Shown here piece after piece: positions 18,701 to 26,036 of a DNA stretch of 37,627 nt. The translations under genes were made by a program, and so were the position numbers. The stretch's first letter is position 1, and every line of letters begins with the position of its first letter. Below the pieces are notes generated by a model that was not told the origin of the DNA, made no database searches, and saw only the letters and a program-made list of their open reading frames with translations. The stretch covers positions 1 through 37,627 of the IMG/VR virus record IMGVR_UViG_3300032253_000012, one strand, 5' to 3'. Source of the DNA: a virus (taxonomy: Duplodnaviria; Caudoviricetes).

Positions 18701-21700
18701 TCTATTAAGAGAAGCACATATAGAATATTTAGCTTTGCCTGGTGAGGTTGAGGCAAGGAACACACAATCACGCCTAAACTTACCTGAGCTTGGTAGAAAA
18801 ATAATAACACCCGAATCAACAGAAACTCGATATAATAAAGATAGTGCTGAAAGCAAACAAGAAGCTATAGATAAAAATAGCTCATTATTTTTTCAAGGCA
18901 CTGATCAAGCGCCACGCGGCTCTATACAGTTCTTGCCTGATGGTAAGGCTATCATAAATTTATTTGAAAAAGAGGATTTATCCACCTTTATGCACGAGGC
19001 AGGGCATTTGTACTGGCGTGCCATGTCTGAGATTGCAGCCATTGAGGGCATTCCTGATCAGATAAAAAAAGATGTTGCCACTATTCGTAATTGGGTTGGT
19101 GCAGAAGATGGCGCAACTCTTAGCGTAGAGCAAGAAGAAAAGATTGCTGATGGATTCCTTAGTTATATTCGCAAAGGTGAAGCTCCGAGTGTTGATCTCC
19201 AATCTGCGTTTGGTCGCATGAAGGCATGGTTTGTAAGAATTTATAGAGGTGTGCGTGATAGCCTGCCAAAAATAAACAAAGATGTTAAAGAAGTTTTTGA
19301 TCGTATGCTTGCCACTGATGATGCGATAGAGAATGTGCAGGCTGAGCCTAGCTTTAATATTGATCCTGTCATTCTTGGTTTATTGCCAAAAGTGCAGGCT
19401 GATAGAATGCAAAAGAAATTTGATAAAGCACTAAATAATGCAAAAGAAAGGCTTCTTAAAAAAGCAATCAAACAGGCCGAGCGTAAGGCAACCAAGACCT
19501 ATAAAAAAGAGCGTGCGACTATTCGTGCCAGAATAACAAAAGAAGTCATGGAGGAGCGTGCTTACTCAACTATGGCCATGATTACTGAGAATGGTGGTAT
19601 ATCCAAAAAAGGTATTGCTCAGGTATTAAATAAAGAGGCTGTTAAATATTTATCAGGTCATGGCTTGGTAAAACGTGGAGGTGTTCACCCTGATATTATA
19701 GCTGATATGACCTCATATCGTAATGGCTATGAAATGATTATGGAATTTATGAATACTCCAAAGCTCAAAGCACGCATAGATGAATTAACAGATCAGGCTA
19801 TGTTAGAGCGTTATGGAGATATGATGCAAGATGGATCAATCAATGACGAGGCCATGCGTATATATCATAACAACCTCCGCAAAGAGGTAATTGTTATGGA
19901 GATGCAAGCCATGAATGAGCTATCAGGTGTTGCAGGGCCAACTAAGGAAAGTATTGAGGCTGCGGCTCTTAAACTTGTTGGTGATCTTCCTGTAGGTAAA
20001 TTACAAGCCAATCGTTATTTGCGTGCAGAAAACAAAGCTTTCTTTGAATATGGTAAGGCATTAGGGCAGGATAATTTTGCGCGAGCTGCAAAGGCTAAAT
20101 CTCAGCAATTACTTAATCACCATTTATATAATATGGTAATAGATGCGCGTAGCACTGTAGATAAATCAGTTAAGGGCTGGAATAAGTTTGCACGTCCTGA
20201 TAAAAAAATTGCAAAAAGCAGGGGCATAAATATTGATTATGTCTATGCAATAAGAGCTATCTTAGCACGTCATGGTATAGGTAAAAGCGATTATCCTTTC
20301 AGAGATTGGTTTGATCAACTTACTCTTGAAAATCCAGATAGTGCGCAGAGCTTGGCGCAGTTAATAAACATGAATAGTGAGGGTGCGAAGCCTTATAAAG
20401 ACCTAAGTGTTGGTGAGTTTATGGGGTTAAAAGATGCTGTTGATGGCATTGTCCAGCTTGGGCGTGATGTATTAACTACAGAAATCGAAGGACAGAAGCT
20501 TACAACACGTGAAGCCTCAGAGCGTGCAGCCGATTCAATCTATGATAATGGCAAAGTTCGTAATGTTAAGCACTATGAAAATATTATTGATAAATCAAAA
20601 GAGTTTGTTTCTGGTTTTGATAAGGTTATTACCCGCATGGAGTTTATTTTAAAAGCTCTTGATGGCAATAAGCTTAATGGTGTTCTTGCGCAGATGTTTA
20701 TGAATCCATTGCAAGAAGCAGAAAATAATGAAGAGCTAATGATGCGTGAAGTATCTGAAAAGCTCAAAAATATAATCGAGAAGAATACTGGTGTTCGTAC
20801 CAGATGGAGACAAAAGATAACCGATGCGCGCCTTGATGATACATTCACAGTTCGCAATGTAATAACTATTGCTCTGAATATGGGTAATGAGGGCAACCTT
20901 GAAAAAATGCTTGATGGTTATAATTGGGAATATGCAGATGTTAAAGCCCTTATTGAGCGCACCCTTACCAAAGAGGATATGGATACGGTTCAGGAAATAT
21001 GGGATTTAATGGAAACATTACGACCTGATTTACAGCGCGTTCATAAAGAGGTTAATGGCTTTCCTATGGAGATTGTCAAATCTCAGCCAGTAGAAACAAA
21101 ATGGGGAACATATCGAGGAGGTTACTTCCCTGTAGTTTACGATGTAAAGCGCAGTGATATTGGTGCGCGTAATGCGGAAAAAGTTAGTGTATTTGAAAGT
21201 AATTTCATTATCCCTAGCGTTGGTAAGGGCATGACCAAGGGCAGATCCACCTTTACTGGTCCAGTGGATTTAAACTTTGATGCTATAGTTAGTAGCCACC
21301 TAAGCAAAACCATACATTTAATTACTCATGGCGCGGCTGTTAAAGATTTAAACAGGATTATCATGCAAGATAATTTTAAGAAGGCAGTCATTGAGGTTGC
21401 TGGTACTGAAACATATAGCAAGTTTAAGCCCTGGTTACAGGCTGTTGCCTCAAATAGCGTATATGACAGTCCTGTAGAGGCTCATGACAAAGTTATTAGG
21501 CATTTGCGCGTAGCAACCACACAGATGTTTCTAGGCTTCTCTGTAAGCACAGGTGTAAAACAAACACTTGGTATGACAGCCAGTTATGCTTCGGTACTTC
21601 GTGGTGAGGTAACTCAGCGTAACTTCTGGAAAGCTAATCGCCAATATTTCACAGATCCCGCCAATGCTTCAAAATTTATTCTTGAAAGCTCTGTATTCAT

Positions 21701-22496
21701 GCAATCAAGAATTAGAAAGATGGATGCTAATATTGCTACGGTTATGGCTGGCGTGTCAAAGCTCAACACTACCTATGACAAAGTAATGTATGCAGGTATG
21801 GCGGGTATGGGTTATTCGCAGCTTTACACTGTAGATATGCCTACATGGATGGCAGGGTATAATGAGGGCATGGAGCAATATAACGACCATGATAAGGCTG
21901 TTAATATGGCTGATACACTTGTAAGGCAAACACAAGGCAGTGGTGCGGTTAAGGATTTATCCACTTTACAGCGCGGTAATGAAACACAAAAAGCTGCATG
22001 GACAATGTTTGGTACGTTTATGATTGGTGTGCTTTATCCAAAATTAAGAGAGCTGGGTATTGATGTATCAAAAGGCCATGTGTTACGTTCAATTTTTTCT
22101 TTAACCTCCCTCCTGTTTATTCCTGCGGTATTAGAAGGGCTAATGAGTAGTCCACCTGAAGATGATGAAAGTTGGCTTGAGTGGATGCTTGTTAAGAATA
22201 TAAGCTATGGGGCTTCATCTGTTCCTATTGCTGGTGGTTTTGTAAATGCTTATTTAGAGGATTATGGTTATTCCATGTCTGCTACGGAAACGCCTATTGA
22301 TATGTTTATGAGTAATATCAAGAGTGATGATCCAGATAAGTTTGCCAAGGGTTTTGCTGTTGGTGTTGGTGTTGTAACCAAACTGCCTGTATATAAGCCT
22401 TATTTGGCATTAGATGAGCTGATAGATCAGGCATCTGGCGAAGAAGATTTGAATGTTATAGAGTTATTACAGCTAAGGAGAGATTCTGATAGGTGA
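15744..22496 (+). CDS. Large internal virion/DNA-ejection polyvalent protein (2250 aa) with LPD23-like and zincin HExxH domains
   Basis: TGWFKGKDNKWRYEIDD, HEIQHVIQDIEGF, GEVEARN (LPD23-like metallopeptidase region); DLSTFMHEAGH...EEKIADGF second zincin-like motif; position as largest gene before tail fibre. Confidence 0.8.
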   Translation: MPEDFNADYFSGLAANANDQKSQEARRSVIAASDSNPDLAARASDVSKELSVPQRAVEKDLSFYEREKNFNADYFSEIGKKYPSMLDFVSDPDNASIVHDDLSYLENTGKALGSMGRAFGVGATYDVTSGIYGAIEVGSGVLSDVIGKPADKLLSYMGADQGSSVDIFGAVSEIAKRGQIATQSQSDINTEILSKDSNLAINLLTSASRSVGTTLTGTVGSVLTGNPAIALSSMGTVTGGSAMADAKRQGLSNADSLKYGILQGGVEVATEAMPMFNLIKDLDAGSGFFKLIANQMIAEVPGEQVATLLQDFIEYSTLNERGITFQEYLNSIPASQAFTLGSTVIAVGMQTGAVQAINRASRGKREPEPNPNEVASYIKNVGKAIADKNGKLMGRSKPKMREYIEKTTGDKTFYLDAEVVSTLYQSMTEEQQQEILNAIPDFEASLDQAVNTLDSFEIPAADFFTYIQPNDTENVLDEYVTFAPEHYSAADIREVDEMISDLIEQADQAQQEMANGDVVENNIYQQLLQTFNGRKAPSGRIDVARMMAQNPRAFYETLLERTENNPQVKEILDRLIRDVTIQREVPNLKRVLKVENIDLDIDRVRERAKRRAKAEQKANEQPADMFGNKKKKRKGKAKPTPIISWLGKRAGIRATGTMARELAAMDITPKTHPRLFSSKGLGAVDNIPTEEFNAEIGNDIGLIAPPNEAGYVDPNWLIEQIRNESFGEGALTQQQQQDEADQKYLDDIEQVMQMVGVDIDMENAQIKDELSAYSKRLQNEFDGAQDTLYQFAGRKSETADLTKLDEAQARLNNGEDAETIRYDTGWFKGKDNKWRYEIDDSKASLNVDPDMLVDGGSTTLGIFFNHDKLYKSYPNIEDNIQVVVDSSIKTKAGYGFDGASKKMAIFINPERLKGEKEIISGLSHEIQHVIQDIEGFDGGGKASDIIKALKKQVSDAKEELKHYKEGKDNKERKRHLEYIASKTPETLLREAHIEYLALPGEVEARNTQSRLNLPELGRKIITPESTETRYNKDSAESKQEAIDKNSSLFFQGTDQAPRGSIQFLPDGKAIINLFEKEDLSTFMHEAGHLYWRAMSEIAAIEGIPDQIKKDVATIRNWVGAEDGATLSVEQEEKIADGFLSYIRKGEAPSVDLQSAFGRMKAWFVRIYRGVRDSLPKINKDVKEVFDRMLATDDAIENVQAEPSFNIDPVILGLLPKVQADRMQKKFDKALNNAKERLLKKAIKQAERKATKTYKKERATIRARITKEVMEERAYSTMAMITENGGISKKGIAQVLNKEAVKYLSGHGLVKRGGVHPDIIADMTSYRNGYEMIMEFMNTPKLKARIDELTDQAMLERYGDMMQDGSINDEAMRIYHNNLRKEVIVMEMQAMNELSGVAGPTKESIEAAALKLVGDLPVGKLQANRYLRAENKAFFEYGKALGQDNFARAAKAKSQQLLNHHLYNMVIDARSTVDKSVKGWNKFARPDKKIAKSRGINIDYVYAIRAILARHGIGKSDYPFRDWFDQLTLENPDSAQSLAQLINMNSEGAKPYKDLSVGEFMGLKDAVDGIVQLGRDVLTTEIEGQKLTTREASERAADSIYDNGKVRNVKHYENIIDKSKEFVSGFDKVITRMEFILKALDGNKLNGVLAQMFMNPLQEAENNEELMMREVSEKLKNIIEKNTGVRTRWRQKITDARLDDTFTVRNVITIALNMGNEGNLEKMLDGYNWEYADVKALIERTLTKEDMDTVQEIWDLMETLRPDLQRVHKEVNGFPMEIVKSQPVETKWGTYRGGYFPVVYDVKRSDIGARNAEKVSVFESNFIIPSVGKGMTKGRSTFTGPVDLNFDAIVSSHLSKTIHLITHGAAVKDLNRIIMQDNFKKAVIEVAGTETYSKFKPWLQAVASNSVYDSPVEAHDKVIRHLRVATTQMFLGFSVSTGVKQTLGMTASYASVLRGEVTQRNFWKANRQYFTDPANASKFILESSVFMQSRIRKMDANIATVMAGVSKLNTTYDKVMYAGMAGMGYSQLYTVDMPTWMAGYNEGMEQYNDHDKAVNMADTLVRQTQGSGAVKDLSTLQRGNETQKAAWTMFGTFMIGVLYPKLRELGIDVSKGHVLRSIFSLTSLLFIPAVLEGLMSSPPEDDESWLEWMLVKNISYGASSVPIAGGFVNAYLEDYGYSMSATETPIDMFMSNIKSDDPDKFAKGFAVGVGVVTKLPVYKPYLALDELIDQASGEEDLNVIELLQLRRDSDR
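15756..15972 (+). repeat. 22-nt perfect direct repeat encoding FNADYFS twice
   Basis: TTTAATGCAGATTACTTCTCAG at 15756-15777 and 15951-15972. Confidence 0.9.
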
Positions 22497-22550
22497 TAAT
22501 TCATATTTATTCTGTTATATTAAAACTAACCTTAATCCAAGGGAGTTGGC

Positions 22551-23567
22551 ATGAGTGTACTTGATCGTATAAATGGACTAAACCAAGGCGTAGCATATAA
22601 AGCCCCTGTGAGGGTGGCTACTACGGCAAATATAACCCTGTCTGGTGCGCAGACAATAGATGGTGTTGCTGTTGTTGCTGATGATCGGGTTTTAGTAAAA
22701 GACCAAACAGATCAAACACAGAACGGTATATATATTGCATCTGATAGTGGATGGAGTCGCTCGGCTGATTTTGATGGCAATCGTGATGTGACAGAAGGCA
22801 CAATGTTTATTGTGCTATATGGCTCTACCTCTGCTGGTTGGTTCTATAAGCTAACTACAACATCTGATCCTGTGGTTTTTGGTACAGATAATATTACCTT
22901 TGAAATTGTTCTTGATATGTCGGCAATTTCTGCAATCACTGCTTTTGGTGTATCTTTGATTTCTGCAAGCAATGCAAGTGAAGTAAATACTTTACTTGGT
23001 TTGGTGATTGGCACAGATGTTCAGGCTTATGATGCTACTCTCACGGCCTTAGCAAGCGCTCTTACTGCCGCCAATAAGATTCCTTATGCTACAGGTTTGG
23101 ATACCCTTGGTGAGCTTGATTTTATAGCAAGTGATACATTTGCAGGTGCTAGTACTACATCACTTAATGCAGCATCTAATACTAAAACCTACATAGACAC
23201 GGAAGTCGCTAGTGTAGCCTCCCAAAGATACATAAGCGCAGAACAGACTATCACTTCTAGTGGACCACTCACTTTAACTCATGGATTAACAGTAACTAAT
23301 CCACACACAATTTCTCTCAGGTATCATCTGGTTTGTCAGACTGCTGAGTACGGTTATTCCGTTGGGGATATCGTACCTATAGATTTTAACATGTCCTCTT
23401 TAGGGAATAATCATTACAGTATGGCTGTACTTAACACTACGGAAATAAACATTAGGTATTCCAGTGATGCTAGTGTGTTCAATGCTGGTAATTTTACTAC
23501 AGGTGCAGTGGAAGCTTTCACAAACGCCAACTGGAAATTAGTAGTAGTAGCTGAGATAGTAAAATAA
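22551..23567 (+). CDS. Tail fibre protein
   Basis: KAPVRVATTANITLSGAQTIDGV...DRVLVKDQT...QNGIY...WSRSADFD fibre domain, LGLVIGTDVQAYDATLTALA shaft motif, beta-rich C-terminal domain. Confidence 0.85.
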   Translation: MSVLDRINGLNQGVAYKAPVRVATTANITLSGAQTIDGVAVVADDRVLVKDQTDQTQNGIYIASDSGWSRSADFDGNRDVTEGTMFIVLYGSTSAGWFYKLTTTSDPVVFGTDNITFEIVLDMSAISAITAFGVSLISASNASEVNTLLGLVIGTDVQAYDATLTALASALTAANKIPYATGLDTLGELDFIASDTFAGASTTSLNAASNTKTYIDTEVASVASQRYISAEQTITSSGPLTLTHGLTVTNPHTISLRYHLVCQTAEYGYSVGDIVPIDFNMSSLGNNHYSMAVLNTTEINIRYSSDASVFNAGNFTTGAVEAFTNANWKLVVVAEIVK

Positions 23568-23585
23568 GATATGATAGGAATATAA

Positions 23586-23888
23586 ATGGCTGACTCAAAA
23601 GAACTTTTATTTCAACAATCTCAACGCCTAGACAGGTTTGAAGATCAACTTGGGGAGGTAAGTAAGGCTATAGTTCAAATAGCCAAGACAGAAGAGCGTG
23701 TGAGTGTATTGATTGAACAAAATTCTCTTCTATTTAAAAAAATGGATGTTTTCCAGAAAGCTGTTAATGAGATAAAAATCGAGAGTGCGACACAAAAACA
23801 ATCCCTTGGTTTTTTTGAACGTATTGGATGGATAATCACAAGTGCTTTTATTGGTGGTTTAGCTTGGCTTTCTGGAGGTGTAGGATGA
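23586..23888 (+). CDS. Coiled-coil protein with C-terminal TM helix (holin/antiholin-like lysis accessory)
   Basis: Heptads RLDRFEDQLGEVSKAIVQIAKTEER then IGWIITSAFIGGLAWL; first gene of lysis cassette. Confidence 0.6.
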   Translation: MADSKELLFQQSQRLDRFEDQLGEVSKAIVQIAKTEERVSVLIEQNSLLFKKMDVFQKAVNEIKIESATQKQSLGFFERIGWIITSAFIGGLAWLSGGVG

Positions 23889-24109
23889 TAACTCCTGAAA
23901 TTGTTAATCGTTGGCGCATTATACCGCGCGTAATGATTAGCCTTTATGGGTATATGTTTTGGCGTGTAGCAGAATGGTTCATGACCTTGCCAGATCCTAA
24001 CGCTGCGCAATCTGCCTTTGTTTCTGTTATGATTGGCGCTGCTGCAACATTTTTTGGACTGTACGTTAATTCAGGAGCAAGCCTTAAAGAGCTTAAAGAA
24101 AGTAAATAA
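23885..24109 (+). CDS. Holin (two TM helices)
   Basis: SD GGAGGT; WRIIPR motif, two hydrophobic segments, charged C-tail; adjacent to endolysin. Confidence 0.7.
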   Translation: MITPEIVNRWRIIPRVMISLYGYMFWRVAEWFMTLPDPNAAQSAFVSVMIGAAATFFGLYVNSGASLKELKESK

Positions 24110-24110
24110 T

Positions 24111-24560
24111 ATGAGAATCAGTAAACATTTCACAAGAAAAGAAGCTGAGAGAAGTCAAACAGCAAGGCGGAGAGGTATTGATAATACTATACCTAATGAA
24201 TTACTTGAAAATGTGGTTAATGTCGCAGAGAACATCCTAGAGCCTGTTCGTGTCCATTATGGTGTACCGTTTAGTCCGTCGTCATGGTATCGCTCTGAGG
24301 GTCTTTGTTTGGCTATAGGATCTAAAGCAACATCTCAACATGCTAAAGGGCAGGCTGTTGATTTTGAGGTTCCTGGTATTAGTAATTTTGAGGTAGCTGA
24401 GTTTATTATAGAGAATCTTGAGTTCGATCAATTAATTCTTGAATATTACGATGGAATTAATCCTAACAGCGGTTGGTTGCATGTATCATACAAGGATGTA
24501 TTAAATCGTGGAAACATTTTGCGATTTGACGGCCATCGTTACAAAGAGGGTTTATCATGA
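24111..24560 (+). CDS. Endolysin, peptidase M15A (Zn D-Ala-D-Ala carboxypeptidase-like)
   Basis: SSWYRS, SQHAKGQAVD, WLHVS zinc-binding motifs. Confidence 0.9.
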   Translation: MRISKHFTRKEAERSQTARRRGIDNTIPNELLENVVNVAENILEPVRVHYGVPFSPSSWYRSEGLCLAIGSKATSQHAKGQAVDFEVPGISNFEVAEFIIENLEFDQLILEYYDGINPNSGWLHVSYKDVLNRGNILRFDGHRYKEGLS

Positions 24561-24829
24561 TTGCGATCGTACAATTTGTTATTAGGTTTAGGTATATTTT
24601 TATTATTGGAAGTGCGCTTGTTGTGGTGTCTGGCTCATGGATTCATGGGTTTTATAAAGGTAAATCATATGGCCAAGTCAAAGTGATTACTAAAATCATT
24701 CAGGCTAATGCTGAGAGTAGGAAAGGATCGATTAATGTTAAAAGAGAAGAGCAAAGTCTTGACAGTGTTAAGCTTGATAATGAGCTGTGCCGTCTTGCAA
24801 TCGTGCGCCAAAACAGTGGTTGTGAATAA
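24557..24829 (+). CDS. i-spanin (Rz-like)
   Basis: N-terminal TM helix, periplasmic helix with C-terminal cysteines, follows endolysin with ATGA overlap. Confidence 0.7.
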   Translation: MIAIVQFVIRFRYIFIIGSALVVVSGSWIHGFYKGKSYGQVKVITKIIQANAESRKGSINVKREEQSLDSVKLDNELCRLAIVRQNSGCE

Positions 24830-24935
24830 TCATCCTGACTGGCTTGAGGTCGGAACGATATCATTAGAAGATACTGAGGAAACAAAGCGGTGGATGTACC
24901 GTTATGAAAGTAATAGATTAAGAGAAGTTAAGTAG
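24735..24935 (+). CDS. o-spanin (Rz1-like lipoprotein), overlapping i-spanin in another frame
   Basis: SD AAAGGA; basic N-terminus, hydrophobic stretch and lipobox LQSC. Confidence 0.7.
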   Translation: MLKEKSKVLTVLSLIMSCAVLQSCAKTVVVNNHPDWLEVGTISLEDTEETKRWMYRYESNRLREVK

Positions 24936-25110
24936 AATCAACTTTATTTAACTCTATGTTTTCATAGTCTTTGTATTCCAATTCCGACATTCTACGCTGA
25001 GCATTGTAAGAAGAAAAAAACTCCTCCTCTACTTTATCAATAATTTGCGGTGTGAATGGTGGACTAACAGGTTTATTGAGTAGTACGGCTGTTACTTTAA
25101 ATTTGCTCAT
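24928..25110 (-). CDS. Hypothetical protein, last gene of leftward arm
   Basis: SD GAAAGG; overlaps o-spanin end tail-to-tail by 8 nt. Confidence 0.55.
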   Translation of the reverse strand: MSKFKVTAVLLNKPVSPPFTPQIIDKVEEEFFSSYNAQRRMSELEYKDYENIELNKVDST

Positions 25111-25161
25111 TGTTAATACCTTTCATTAAATGGTTCATATTTTATCTCCTGAAATTTAATC

Positions 25162-25491
25162 CTAAAAAGGTATATTATCTTCTGGTGTGTTGTTTGACGC
25201 TATTTTCTCTGCGTATCCACCAACAACACAGAGTAAAAATTGTTGCCATTCTTCCGCTGATAGTGCGGCTAAGTTTGTTTTTCCTAGCCAATCTAGGTAC
25301 TCACCTCCCATATCACCACCATGTAATGCTGCTTCTATTTCATTTGTTGTTGGATCTACCATACCTTTTAATTCCTTTAATATGTTTAAGTGTTTCATTG
25401 AGCAGGCCCTTCCAGACCTACCGCTTTCTTTTGCAAGTATTGGATCATATCCAAAACTTCTTGCTTCTCTGGGGCATATAGAGCATTTCAT
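25162..25491 (-). CDS. Conserved phage protein with N-terminal Cys/His zinc-binding motif (DUF6511-like)
   Basis: CSIC...ACSMKH; GGEYLDWLGKTNLAALSAEEW; EDNIPF SSB-like tail. Confidence 0.65.
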   Translation of the reverse strand: MKCSICPREARSFGYDPILAKESGRSGRACSMKHLNILKELKGMVDPTTNEIEAALHGGDMGGEYLDWLGKTNLAALSAEEWQQFLLCVVGGYAEKIASNNTPEDNIPF

Positions 25492-26036
25492 CTGCCTATA
25501 AACTCCGTTTTAGTTTCCTTATCTCCGAATAAATACCAAGCGCAATTATCTTTGGCGTCGTGTGGGCTGTCTTTTATCCATTTAACTCTGCCTACACTTA
25601 CAATTTTTGAGCAGTATTTTAGTAATTCTGGTGTTGTTTTACAGCTGTTTCTTTTGGCCATATTTTTATGTATAGTGTGTGCCCAATCAGCGTCGAACAA
25701 TAACCATGTTGGGGCTTGGACTCTCAGGTGATTGATTAGCGGGTGTAATATTTCTCTAGTCCAGGGCGGGTTTGTGATGAAACAATCTATATTTCCAGTT
25801 AACAATGTAAGTGCATCTTTTTTCTCTATCCCATCAGCTTTAGGATCTATATCTCTAGCTCTAGCGCAGACATGGCCATGTGGCTTTAATTGTTTTATCA
25901 ACGCCCCATCGCCAGCGCAAGGCTCACAGTATCTTGTTTTTGGATTTAAATAAGGAAGTAAAGGAGTCACCGCCCTTGGATCCCAAGTGGTATACAGATC
26001 GTTCTTTCTTCTTTTGAAATCACTACGCTTGCCCAA
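25488..26036 (-). CDS. DNA N6-adenine methyltransferase (motif order I then IV)
   Basis: DLYTT, EPCAGDG SAM-binding motif, ITNPPW catalytic motif; likely TTG start at 26036 (GGAG 7 nt upstream), ORF track extends to 26069. Confidence 0.8.
   Translation of the reverse strand: MGKRSDFKRRKNDLYTTWDPRAVTPLLPYLNPKTRYCEPCAGDGALIKQLKPHGHVCARARDIDPKADGIEKKDALTLLTGNIDCFITNPPWTREILHPLINHLRVQAPTWLLFDADWAHTIHKNMAKRNSCKTTPELLKYCSKIVSVGRVKWIKDSPHDAKDNCAWYLFGDKETKTEFIGR

Noticed and set aside
22551-24110. Diversity-generating retroelement, as in BPP-1
   Set aside because: No reverse transcriptase ORF and no adenine-mismatched TR/VR repeat pair seen in the window.
25110-25501. Overlapping + strand ORFs opposite the DUF6511-like gene
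   Set aside because: Antisense shadows with no RBS or motif.
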